A stretch of DNA of 63,515 nucleotides from positions 1 through 63,515 of the IMG/VR virus record IMGVR_UViG_3300029258_001393; one strand, given 5' to 3'. Source of the stretch: a virus. A model generated the notes under the pieces. The model was not told where the DNA came from. It did no database searches and worked only from the letters and a program-made list of their open reading frames with translations. This document shows positions 1 to 8,825 of this stretch, piece by piece (position 1 is the first letter of the stretch; every line of letters begins with the position of its first letter). The position numbers and the translations under genes are program-made.

Positions 1-62
1 AATGCGGGTAAAATTGTTAAGAAAATCCGTGCTGTACGGTCTGCTGTCAAGAAAGGTGTGAA
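1..62. repeat. terminal direct repeat copy 1 (same as 63454-63515)
   Basis: 62/62 nt identity between the two window ends, read directly. Confidence 0.95.
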
Positions 63-111
63 CAGTATTGAAGGTGTTAAGGCAACACGGATTCAAAATA
101 AGGATAAATAA
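1..111 (+). CDS. 3' part of a 53-codon hypothetical ORF that crosses the circular junction (starts at 63403)
   Basis: Frame 1 stays open from nt 1 to TAA 109-111 and continues the ORF that begins at ATG 63403. Confidence 0.5.
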   Translation, partial: NAGKIVKKIRAVRSAVKKGVNSIEGVKATRIQNKDK

Positions 112-112
112 A

Positions 113-322
113 ATGGATTACCCAGTAGCAAAAGATCCCGAAGCTGAAGCGGCTGCAAGTAGTGTTGTTATCAGTGAATTTGTCGGAGAACAAAGGACTG
201 AAATAGTTGCAAACATAATTTGGAAATATTTTGGAAAGGGTTTCAATAAAAAACCTGAACGATCCGTAGAAGTAAAAGAATCTTTTATGGATTGTGCAAG
301 AGAAATTGTTAGACGTATATAA
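113..322 (+). CDS. hypothetical small protein (69 aa)
   Basis: ATG 113 follows the junction motif TAAGGATAAATAA. The TTG-68 start in the track would overlap the upstream ORF. Confidence 0.55.
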   Translation: MDYPVAKDPEAEAAASSVVISEFVGEQRTEIVANIIWKYFGKGFNKKPERSVEVKESFMDCAREIVRRI

Positions 323-338
323 ATAAGGATAAATAATC

Positions 339-902
339 ATGGCTTACGCAAGCGTATCATTCGATCCTGATTCAGTTGCATCCAACAGTGACGTTGCCTC
401 AAGCGCTATGGATTTGGCCGCCTCTGCGAGTGATGCGGCTTCGAGCGCTACGGATAAGGCCGCCGCCGCCTCTGCTGCCGTTGCCGGAAAGAAGGACGTT
501 CTATACGATACCACTCCTGCCGATACCGTTGACGATGGTTTTACAGGATCATTTGTGGCAAGTGGTGTATTGGCAAGAGGAAACCTTTGCTATGTCAAAA
601 CTACGGGGGCCGCTGCCAAGGCCAATGCTGATTCGGCGGCGACAATGTCAGGCTTTTTAATTATGGCTCCCGGTTCTGTTGCCGATGGCAGTTCGTTTGC
701 GGCCATTATGCCGGGAACGATGGTGGGTCATTCAGCATGGAATTGGTCTTGTGGAAAGCCTGTTTTTGGTGGATCAAGTGGCGGAAGTATGACGCAGACA
801 AGGCCGAGCGCTGCAAGTGCGATTGTTCGGGTGGTCGGTTATGGTGGCAGAAATTCAAACGTCATGTGGTTTGACCCTGATAAAACTTGGATAGAGGTGT
901 AA
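339..902 (+). CDS. fibre or decoration-like structural protein with an Ala/Ser-rich N-terminal helix
   Basis: 187 aa. The N-terminus MAYASVSFDPDSVASNSDVASS... is paralogous to 61764..62312. The low-complexity A/S region resembles phage fibre shafts. Confidence 0.55.
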   Translation: MAYASVSFDPDSVASNSDVASSAMDLAASASDAASSATDKAAAASAAVAGKKDVLYDTTPADTVDDGFTGSFVASGVLARGNLCYVKTTGAAAKANADSAATMSGFLIMAPGSVADGSSFAAIMPGTMVGHSAWNWSCGKPVFGGSSGGSMTQTRPSAASAIVRVVGYGGRNSNVMWFDPDKTWIEV

Positions 903-903
903 T

Positions 904-990
904 ATGACAAGATATGAGTATTTAATCATAAAGGCAAATGAAGTGCAGGAATTAAAACGCCTACGATCAGGATATTTCATAAGGAGGTGA
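904..990 (+). CDS. possible 28-aa mini-ORF
   Basis: ATG overlaps the upstream stop (TAATATG) and the ORF fills an otherwise non-coding gap. No other support. Confidence 0.25.
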   Translation: MTRYEYLIIKANEVQELKRLRSGYFIRR

Positions 991-995
991 TATAG

Positions 996-1658
996 ATGGC
1001 TGATATCGATACAGTCGTTCTTTTGGATAATATTCAGAATGCAAAGGACAGTTCCGATAAGATTTACACTATGGATGGTGATGGTGAGAACTATGAAGCG
1101 GTCAAGACTTATGTAGTCGAATTGCCTCCCGATGCATCTGGTGCAAGAGTGCTGTTCAACGGGAATTACGATCCTGATGGTGCAAGGCATTGCGTTAGGG
1201 TGCATTATATCGCACTTACCGACCCATCAACACCGACCAAGACTGAGAATACCATTGCTTTGGATTGGACAGCTGTTGACCCCGATAGCGGAACTGCAAC
1301 AGACAGATTCAAGGAGACAGGTGCGATTGACGTATCCGGTCATGTATACGGCTCTTTAATGATAGACGTTGCTGTAGCTGAAGCAGAAGCCACCACAGGG
1401 CTTGAGGTCATTGTTCAGGTTCGGGGTTATACAGGTCTGGATGTTTGGAATACTCTATGCAGATTTATCGGACCAATAGGCACAGGAGTTGAAGTTGCTA
1501 TCCCCGACACTGTAAATGCGGATCAGAATGTATTAAAGGCAACCAACCCTACAGCTGGGCACTTGAATCATATTGGGAAGTTCATTTTCATTGAGGATAA
1601 AGGCACTATTGCTGATAGTGAAATCGCTTACCTTATCGAGTGTGGGGCAGACAGCTAA
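996..1658 (+). CDS. hypothetical structural or accessory protein (220 aa)
   Basis: AAGGAGG SD upstream. Tightly packed in the late operon. No recognisable motif. Confidence 0.6.
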   Translation: MADIDTVVLLDNIQNAKDSSDKIYTMDGDGENYEAVKTYVVELPPDASGARVLFNGNYDPDGARHCVRVHYIALTDPSTPTKTENTIALDWTAVDPDSGTATDRFKETGAIDVSGHVYGSLMIDVAVAEAEATTGLEVIVQVRGYTGLDVWNTLCRFIGPIGTGVEVAIPDTVNADQNVLKATNPTAGHLNHIGKFIFIEDKGTIADSEIAYLIECGADS

Positions 1659-2471
1659 ATGCTTCATCAGAAACCACCATTAGGAAGAAGAGTAAATAAG
1701 AAGCATCCATTAGCCATTGATCTTACTGGTTGCTGGATAATGAATCAGGGGTCTGGTAATCTTGTTTATGATCTAAGTGGGAACGACAATCATATCATTC
1801 TTCCTTCTGATCTGGCTAACGAGCACCTTGAGACAGGTACATTATACTGTGACGGGTCAAGTGGTTATGCTCAAACTCTTCGTTCATATCCCTATTTTGA
1901 TAATTTCTCTTTTGCGATAAGATATCGTTTAGATTCTGGAGTGGGCATTAATGATCAACTTGTAGGCGACTACCAAGATCAAACAGGGAGTAGTGGGTGG
2001 ACACTTAGATATTCTCCTTCTGGTTTGAGTTTTGCGTATGGTGGTTGGGATAGTTATGAGGATTTGGTATTAGGAAAGAGCGCTCCTCTGTGGATCAATT
2101 TAGCAATAACTAAGAAGGACCAAAAACTTTTTTGGTGTTTTAGCGGTGGAGACGGTGGTTACTGTGAGTTTAGCAATAGTAATTTTAATCATTACTTAGA
2201 TCCCTCTTCTCGTAAATTGACGTTTTGTGCAAGTTCTGTAGATACTGCGACTAAGAACCTCCCGGCTTGGGTTGAGTATGCTTATATCTACAATCGACCT
2301 TTACCCTTATCGGAGTTAGCATGGATTCAGAGGAATCCATATGCGATGTTTCAGAGGGAGCCGATTTGGTTGTTTAGTGGAGAAGAAGCAGGCTGGACAG
2401 GCAAAATCTACGGAGTCGATTCTGCGGATATTGAAAAGGTATGTGGGATGCATATTCGACCTTATGAATAA
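1659..2471 (+). CDS. LamG / concanavalin-like lectin-fold protein (fibre-associated)
   Basis: The N-terminal pattern LTGCWIMNQGSGNLVYDLSGNDNHIIL and ...GYAQT...FSFAIRYRL are typical of laminin-G jelly-roll domains in phage fibres. Confidence 0.55.
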   Translation: MLHQKPPLGRRVNKKHPLAIDLTGCWIMNQGSGNLVYDLSGNDNHIILPSDLANEHLETGTLYCDGSSGYAQTLRSYPYFDNFSFAIRYRLDSGVGINDQLVGDYQDQTGSSGWTLRYSPSGLSFAYGGWDSYEDLVLGKSAPLWINLAITKKDQKLFWCFSGGDGGYCEFSNSNFNHYLDPSSRKLTFCASSVDTATKNLPAWVEYAYIYNRPLPLSELAWIQRNPYAMFQREPIWLFSGEEAGWTGKIYGVDSADIEKVCGMHIRPYE

Positions 2472-2501
2472 ATATAAATAATTACATAAAGGAAATTAAC
2501 C

Positions 2502-2807
2502 ATGAAAACACTCGTAACAATTCTATGTATTTTGACAATGACGTTGGCACTGGCAGGGGTGGGTTGCTCTCAACCGTTTGTTCACAGGGTAACTATTATA
2601 CCATCAGTTGATATTATCATATCTGACGATTGCAGCGGACACAGAGGACTCGCATGGCCAGATAAAGCAGAGATATGCACTGAGGGATTTATGAATGATG
2701 ACGGAACAATAACGGCAACCCAGGAAGTTTTAGGGCATGAGATGCTCCATATTATTCATCATTTTGATAAGATGGTAAGACATCCACATGATAAGGGAGC
2801 GAAGTAA
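2502..2807 (+). CDS. small secreted protein or lipoprotein with an HExxH zinc-metallopeptidase motif
   Basis: Signal peptide MKTLVTILCILTMTLALAGVGC (lipobox-like) and GHEMLHIIHH near the C-terminus. Confidence 0.5.
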   Translation: MKTLVTILCILTMTLALAGVGCSQPFVHRVTIIPSVDIIISDDCSGHRGLAWPDKAEICTEGFMNDDGTITATQEVLGHEMLHIIHHFDKMVRHPHDKGAK

Positions 2808-3149
2808 ATGGCTAAATGGACACACAAAGAATTAAATAGAGTTAAGGTAAAACGTGGTGGGTTTGATGTAACTGTTGAATTTTCAAATCCTACTATACCA
2901 CAGCGGTTTACTAAGACTTTTTATTTTATATCTGAGACTCAAATAAAAACGGGGTTTGAGGAGAGAATGAAACACGCTGAAGACAATCTTCAAGATTCTA
3001 TAGACCAAGCAGCTTATGAAGCACAATGGCCATCTATGTTTACCCGTGAAGATGTTGAGAAAATCTTGATTGAAAAGAAATACCTTTCTGTAGGCCAGAA
3101 GTTTGAAGACCTACCTGTTAATCAAGTTGCTGAAAGGGGGGTTGTGTAA
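2808..3149 (+). CDS. hypothetical protein (113 aa)
   Basis: ATG directly follows the upstream TAA. Coding continuity with the late operon. Confidence 0.55.
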   Translation: MAKWTHKELNRVKVKRGGFDVTVEFSNPTIPQRFTKTFYFISETQIKTGFEERMKHAEDNLQDSIDQAAYEAQWPSMFTREDVEKILIEKKYLSVGQKFEDLPVNQVAERGVV

Positions 3150-4924
3150 TGGCCGACAAATTCTTAGACGAAGCCGCTGGCGGTTTGAATAACGGTGGTT
3201 CAGGTGACGATGCATGGCAGACATGGGCTGCTGCCGTTGCTGGTGCTACGGATGGTGATGATGTTTGGGTACGGCGCACTACAAATACTGCTTTGGGTGC
3301 GTCATTAGCTCTAACCAATAACACCCCAGAAAGCCCTATAAGGTATATAGGATGGCCTCGTCCAGCGATTTCAAATACTACAATTACCCAGGCAGATTTC
3401 ACAAACGGTTCAAGGATTATTGATAATATTGTAGGAATTACTCCGTCAAGAACGCAACACACTGCAAGATATATAACCGCACCTGATGGTAAACTATATA
3501 TGCTTACTGCTGTTCTTTGGGAGGCAGGTGTTGACGGCATGGCCGGTGCTGACGAATTCACGGTTGGTTCACATCTCACAAACACGACTCAAACTAAAAA
3601 AGGAAAGGTTTGGGCATTTACTGATAATTTAGATACCACAGGAATAATTCAATATGTAAGAGATTCCGCAACTGCTTGGGTTGAAGACGACAATATAATT
3701 GATGGTGATGGCGGTGATGCAGAGATAGATGCTGGCGGCGAAATTGCTGTTGGTTTCCTGCTCGACAGAGAATATGCAGGTTCAACAGCAACTGGCACAG
3801 ATGGCAAATTTCAAATTGAAGCTGACGAAGATTATGTTGATCGGCCAGTAGTAGCACAGGCGGTATATGATGCAGATGCAATTGATCTTCCTTTAATAGA
3901 TTTTAATGATGGATTTTTTCGTGTAGATGCAAGCAGTGATGCCTATAATATATTTAAAAATATTGAGTTTAAGGACAGTTCTAATACTTATGGTATTGTT
4001 TACTGCGCATATTCAACAGGGTTATCGTTTATTGGTTGTTTATTTAAACAGACCACTCAAAATACAATGATGATAAGGACACTTAACAGAAATTTAATTT
4101 ACTTTAGGCAGCTTATAATGGAGGGAAGTGGGTCTGGTGCGGGCCAAGTCGCAATCTTCTCTGATAGCGGAGAATTCGACTTTAAAGATGTTGTAATATT
4201 TAATATGGGGGATCATGGAATATCTTCCTATAAAGTGGGTAAGATATATGGAAAAAATGTAAATATTGGTGTTGAGATACCAAATGGAGATGCTGATATT
4301 TTAGTCAATGATGGTAACTTATTTGTAAAATTTATTGATACAGAATTAGGAGGAACAAATGGTTATGTAAGTATCGCCAATGCAACGTCTAATGCAAATA
4401 CCCATATCAGCGTAGAAAATTATCAGAAGGTATTGGGAAATCATAAAACGTGGTTTGCTGGTGGTGAATATATCTCAACTGCTGTGTCTGGTGAAACCCC
4501 TAACGAGAAGCTGTCTGCTAAAGTTTTAAAGATAAGTCCAAATGTAAACAATTTTGTATTTTATGAACAAGACTGGAAAGTAAAAATCCCACTTGGTGAA
4601 ATCAACGCAGATGCAGGAAGTCAGGAGTTCAAGTTCTGGATATACAACGGATTAGGCGTAACTCTGAATGACGGTGATGCTTTAGCTAATTTTAATTTAG
4701 CCGCTGAATACGTTTCAAGTTACGGAGATCCAACTGCCTATACGATGGCAACTATCAGATCAGCAGAACACACAATAGCTGTTCCTGCCGATGCTGATGA
4801 TTGGGATTATCTTTCTGTAACTCCAACAATAGCGGTTGAAAGTAAGATTCGATTATGGCTTGAGATCAGTGTGTATAGTGCCGCTGGCTATCTTATCGTT
4901 GATCCACAAGTGGTGATAACATAA
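3149..4924 (+). CDS. tailspike or fibre with a probable right-handed beta-helix (depolymerase-like)
   Basis: 591 aa. The central part has repetitive short beta-strand rungs (NIEFKDSSNTYGIVYCAYSTGLSFIGCLFKQ...VVIFNMGDHGISSY). Sits in the fibre block. Confidence 0.5.
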   Translation: MADKFLDEAAGGLNNGGSGDDAWQTWAAAVAGATDGDDVWVRRTTNTALGASLALTNNTPESPIRYIGWPRPAISNTTITQADFTNGSRIIDNIVGITPSRTQHTARYITAPDGKLYMLTAVLWEAGVDGMAGADEFTVGSHLTNTTQTKKGKVWAFTDNLDTTGIIQYVRDSATAWVEDDNIIDGDGGDAEIDAGGEIAVGFLLDREYAGSTATGTDGKFQIEADEDYVDRPVVAQAVYDADAIDLPLIDFNDGFFRVDASSDAYNIFKNIEFKDSSNTYGIVYCAYSTGLSFIGCLFKQTTQNTMMIRTLNRNLIYFRQLIMEGSGSGAGQVAIFSDSGEFDFKDVVIFNMGDHGISSYKVGKIYGKNVNIGVEIPNGDADILVNDGNLFVKFIDTELGGTNGYVSIANATSNANTHISVENYQKVLGNHKTWFAGGEYISTAVSGETPNEKLSAKVLKISPNVNNFVFYEQDWKVKIPLGEINADAGSQEFKFWIYNGLGVTLNDGDALANFNLAAEYVSSYGDPTAYTMATIRSAEHTIAVPADADDWDYLSVTPTIAVESKIRLWLEISVYSAAGYLIVDPQVVIT

Positions 4925-5493
4925 TGGCAACCACAGCACCAACACCGACATGGAGCATGGGGAATGTCGCTCAGTACACTAAGCAAGGTGTGACTGATGA
5001 TACCGAGCAGTGGTCTTTAGGGCAAGTACTTTCGTATTTGGAGTACGAGGCAGCAGGCGGGTCAGCAGCACTTACAGGCACGGCAGTTGCTGGTGGAGTT
5101 CTTGAGTCTGAGATAGTAACAGGTGGTGAGACAATAATCATCACCTTGACCGATGATACATGGATAGCTGCTGACACTGGCCCGATTGGAACAACAGCAA
5201 ATACCCAAGCCCTTATAGACGGTATAGACGGGGATGTCGCTGGTGGAACCGGATGGGATGAGAAGGTCAAAGCTAATCTTGTTCCGGCTGACGATGTTGA
5301 AAGAACCAGCGACACGGTATGCACAATTACCCTAAATGCTGCTCCTGATTATGCAATATCTTCAGACGAAACAATTACTGTTACAATTCCGGCAGCGGTA
5401 TTGACTGGCGGTGAAGAGATAGTTGCAGATGCTACGTTTGTTGTGACTAATAACGTGTGGACAGCGTATATCAGTAAAATTTGTGGAGTTTAA
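4924..5493 (+). CDS. hypothetical structural protein (189 aa)
   Basis: ATG overlaps the upstream stop (TAATG). Thr/Gly/Ala-rich. Confidence 0.55.
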   Translation: MATTAPTPTWSMGNVAQYTKQGVTDDTEQWSLGQVLSYLEYEAAGGSAALTGTAVAGGVLESEIVTGGETIIITLTDDTWIAADTGPIGTTANTQALIDGIDGDVAGGTGWDEKVKANLVPADDVERTSDTVCTITLNAAPDYAISSDETITVTIPAAVLTGGEEIVADATFVVTNNVWTAYISKICGV

Positions 5494-5612
5494 AACGAGC
5501 GGCATGTCTGGACGCTGACACGAATCGACAGACCTGACCGAATTCATAACCGGGATGAAAACGGCTGACCGATGCAGATAGCAGAAACGGCCTGGAATGT
5601 AAAGGGGCGATT

Positions 5613-5942
5613 ATGGAACAACAAATTGGACTGATAGCAAAGATTGGGGCAGGATTGTCAGCTCTACTTGGCAGTGCTTTCGGGCTGGGTAAGTATAATG
5701 CCAGTGTTGTTAAGAAAAAAGAACTGTATGATGACAAGGGAAATGCAATTTACATGCACTTAGAAGACGCAAAGAAGTGTAAAGAGGAGTGTTTACGGAT
5801 TGTTTCCAAAGTCTCTGAAGAAACTGAAAAAAAATTTGATAGGATTGTAGGCTATATGAAGGAGCAAAACGACCGGCACATAAAAACGACTGAATTCATA
5901 GGCCGAGTCAAACAATACATGGAATCGGACTCTAAAAAATGA
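5613..5942 (+). CDS. membrane-anchored protein, possible holin or lysis regulator
   Basis: N-terminal TM helix IGLIAKIGAGLSALLGSAFGLG followed by a charged coiled coil. Overlaps the endolysin start (ATGA). Confidence 0.4.
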   Translation: MEQQIGLIAKIGAGLSALLGSAFGLGKYNASVVKKKELYDDKGNAIYMHLEDAKKCKEECLRIVSKVSEETEKKFDRIVGYMKEQNDRHIKTTEFIGRVKQYMESDSKK

Positions 5943-6346
5943 TTTCTCCAACTGGACACGGAGTGCGTGGCGCTGATGTTTGGGGCCAGGGACGATATGG
6001 TGCTCCGAGAGACAAAGGAACACGAATCCATAAAGGTGCTGACTTTGTATGCATCCCAGGGCAAGATATTGTTTCTCCGATAAATGGCGTGGTGGTCAGG
6101 GAAAAAATACCTTACTCCACGAGATCACAGGGCGTTCTTTTTGGTGGACTGTTGATCAAGAATAGCAATTGCGAGATTACCATGTTTTATTTTGAGCCTC
6201 TTAGGGAAATCCTGAAAATGGGAATAACAAAAGGCCAGGTGATCGGCAAGGCCCAAGATATCGGGCTGAAGTATCCGGGGATTATTCCTCATATTCATCT
6301 TGAATTTTCAAGTATAAATCCAGAGTTATTTATTAATTTACCATAA
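5939..6346 (+). CDS. M23 family peptidoglycan endopeptidase (endolysin)
   Basis: HxxxD motif (HKGADF) and HxH motif (HIHLEF), with the typical SPINGVV strand. Confidence 0.85.
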   Translation: MISPTGHGVRGADVWGQGRYGAPRDKGTRIHKGADFVCIPGQDIVSPINGVVVREKIPYSTRSQGVLFGGLLIKNSNCEITMFYFEPLREILKMGITKGQVIGKAQDIGLKYPGIIPHIHLEFSSINPELFINLP

Positions 6347-6349
6347 GTT

Positions 6350-6556
6350 ATGACTGACATAATTTTTGCATATACTCCACTTGAAACGAACTGGTTAAAT
6401 CCAGAGTGGAGGAAAGCAAGGATAGCCGAGAACATGAAAAGGGATATTATGTTTGTAGAGAATAATTTTCCTGAATATACCAACAATAAAAAAGCAAAGT
6501 TAGTAGGCATGAAATTTACTCAATATATTTATTGGAAGCAAAAATTTAATTTATAA
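6350..6556 (+). CDS. hypothetical protein (68 aa)
   Basis: Follows the endolysin within 3 nt. No motif. Confidence 0.5.
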   Translation: MTDIIFAYTPLETNWLNPEWRKARIAENMKRDIMFVENNFPEYTNNKKAKLVGMKFTQYIYWKQKFNL

Positions 6557-6568
6557 GGAGATGTTAAA

Positions 6569-7276
6569 ATGAAAAAATTACTGATAGTCTTGTTGGCATC
6601 GTTAATAGTTATACCATCAGTTGCCATATCAAAAGAAGTAAAACTGACATTTGACTGGGATGCAAACACTGAACCAGACATGGCCGGGTATGCTATTTTC
6701 CAACGAGTTGAAGGGCAGGAATACGATTATAACAGCCCGATTGACCCTACTTGTACCATTGTCGATGGTGGGTGTTATGTGGATTCGGTTTTAAAGTCTA
6801 ATGAGTTTGAGCATACATTTAATGCGCCGGATGGTCAGATTACCACATTTTATTGGGTAGCCAGAGCAAAAGATACAGAGGATAAATGGTCAGGCGATTC
6901 CAATGAAGTTTCTTTCACTATTGATCTTGCTCCAATTGTTTCTGCTGTAATTACTGCTGCGGTATATAATCCAGTTACTAATACAATTGATATTTCATTT
7001 CAACAAGCGGATTCGGAAAGGGTTGAGAAGTGGGAACTTTTTATGTCTAACGTTTCAGGCGGTCCATATACCAAAGTTGATACCATAACTAAACCCGGAG
7101 TTGGTGATACGTTTTCAGCATCGTGGCAAATTACCGGGGATGGAGATTATTACTTTACACTTGTTACATTTACGCCTGAAGGAATGTTTTCGCCAGACTC
7201 AAACGAAATGTTCGTTGAGGTTAAGACACATCCATCACCGATGAAAGATTTTAAAATCAAAATTAGACTTCAATAA
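6569..7276 (+). CDS. secreted fibronectin-type-III-like repeat protein
   Basis: Signal peptide MKKLLIVLLASLIVIPSVAIS. The pattern FDWDANTEPDMAGYAIFQR is typical of FN3-like domains. AAGGAG SD. Confidence 0.55.
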   Translation: MKKLLIVLLASLIVIPSVAISKEVKLTFDWDANTEPDMAGYAIFQRVEGQEYDYNSPIDPTCTIVDGGCYVDSVLKSNEFEHTFNAPDGQITTFYWVARAKDTEDKWSGDSNEVSFTIDLAPIVSAVITAAVYNPVTNTIDISFQQADSERVEKWELFMSNVSGGPYTKVDTITKPGVGDTFSASWQITGDGDYYFTLVTFTPEGMFSPDSNEMFVEVKTHPSPMKDFKIKIRLQ

Positions 7277-7301
7277 AGGGAAATGAAGTTGAAAAGAGCA
7301 A

Positions 7302-7760
7302 ATGATAAAGTATAAATCAGGATATAAATATCAATTAGTCAAGGATTATGGAATCAAGACAAAAATTTTGGGATTTGAAGCCCACACAAGATATATTAAT
7401 CTATCAAAAGATGGTTTTTTATTAATTAAGGAATCTTATTGCTGGGATGGGCCTTCCGGTCCGACAATCGACACAAAGAATTTCATGCGGGGTTCTCTGA
7501 TCCACGATGCTTTATATCAACTGATAAGAGAGGGCTTGCTTGATTCTAAATGGCGAAGACAGGCCGACAAGGAGCTTAGAAAGGCCTGTCTTGAGGATGG
7601 CATGTCAAAGATTCGGGCATGGTATGTATATCATTGTGTGCGAAAATTTGCTGATTTTGCTGCGGACCCTAAGCACCGCAAACCAATTCTAACGGCCCCG
7701 GTGTTGCTGCTAATCAGCCTCTTTATTTTTGCCTGTCAGCATCCTTGGGCTTATCCGTAG
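7302..7760 (+). CDS. DUF1353-like phage protein
   Basis: The pattern YCWDGPSGPTIDT...LIHDALYQL...ADKELRKA resembles the DUF1353 family. Confidence 0.5.
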   Translation: MIKYKSGYKYQLVKDYGIKTKILGFEAHTRYINLSKDGFLLIKESYCWDGPSGPTIDTKNFMRGSLIHDALYQLIREGLLDSKWRRQADKELRKACLEDGMSKIRAWYVYHCVRKFADFAADPKHRKPILTAPVLLLISLFIFACQHPWAYP

Positions 7761-7763
7761 GGG

Positions 7764-7970
7764 CTACTCCGGTGGCCTCTTACCCCTTGCCTCCCATGCT
7801 TTCCATGCCCAAAATCTAACCACATTGAACCAATCTTTTTCATCGTCTGTTGTCGGTGTAAATTTATAGCCATTTTTCTTAAACCATCCTTCAAATTTTT
7901 TACTTTCTGAAAAGGTTTTTTCTTGTTCCGGTGTAAACTTGGCTTTCGCCAGCTTTTTTATTTCATCCAC
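7764..7970 (-). CDS. hypothetical protein (68 aa), last gene of the leftward operon
   Basis: GTG start with an AAGGGGGA SD. Convergent with 7302..7760; both end in TAG. Confidence 0.5.
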   Translation of the reverse strand: MDEIKKLAKAKFTPEQEKTFSESKKFEGWFKKNGYKFTPTTDDEKDWFNVVRFWAWKAWEARGKRPPE

Positions 7971-8051
7971 CCCATCCCCCTTTCATGTGGTTGTCATGTG
8001 TATCAACTGTATCATAAATAGCAAAACGGGTACACGCCTATGTGAATAGTT

Positions 8052-8810
8052 TTAACTGCCTTGTTTTTCAATTAATACCGGATACTCGTCACGCTTGAAC
8101 AGTTTTAGTTGGTTTTCTCCTACTTCTACACTAAGAGAAACTCCATACTTGCTTAAATAAATGGGTCCCAAACCCTTCCTTTTGCGTTCTCTATTACAAC
8201 TATTTTCCAATATTTTTGCCTTGATAAATAATTTCGGATGGTCGTTTCTAAGGTTTCGCCAATCTGCATGGGTAGAGTTGAAACAAATATAACAAGCAGA
8301 TTTTGGAGGGATAGGGAATCCATGCCTTTTTATAATTCTTTTACATTCGGCCCTATCAATTCCAACTTCTATCAATGGGAATTTATCTTTAATCCCTTTA
8401 GAGGGTTTCCAGTTTTTAATCCTGTTTTTTTCTCCTGCATCAATGCCAATAAAATTTATACAGGGCTTTGAAAAATAATTTTCTTTTGGTTTAATCTTAA
8501 ATTTTTGTGAACAATCCCTATACATTCTTGAAGGTATGGTTTTTTTTGACAAATAAAAACTATACATTAAACCATTAAATTCTCTTTGTGCTGGGAATCC
8601 ATGTTCCATTGCATTAATAATAGTTATTGGTTGTTTGTTGTTTGTTTTTAAAAACTGATTCACTCTTTTTAAAAACTGATATGTTTCTGGTCTTTCACAT
8701 CCAGTATCGACAAAAACAGACTCAAATTTATATCCTTGATCTTTAAGGTAAAGTTGTAAAGCATAAGAATTAACCCCTCCACCATGACTAAGATATTTTT
8801 TCAATTCCAT
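8052..8810 (-). CDS. PAPS-reductase-family PP-loop ATP-pyrophosphatase (paralog 1)
   Basis: PP-loop SHGGGVNS, VFVDTGCERPETYQF, RDCSQKFKIKP, KSACYICF. No SD. In frame with the upstream MTase fragment across one TAG. Confidence 0.75.
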   Translation of the reverse strand: MELKKYLSHGGGVNSYALQLYLKDQGYKFESVFVDTGCERPETYQFLKRVNQFLKTNNKQPITIINAMEHGFPAQREFNGLMYSFYLSKKTIPSRMYRDCSQKFKIKPKENYFSKPCINFIGIDAGEKNRIKNWKPSKGIKDKFPLIEVGIDRAECKRIIKRHGFPIPPKSACYICFNSTHADWRNLRNDHPKLFIKAKILENSCNRERKRKGLGPIYLSKYGVSLSVEVGENQLKLFKRDEYPVLIEKQGS

Positions 8811-8825
8811 GTGGTTTCCATGTGG

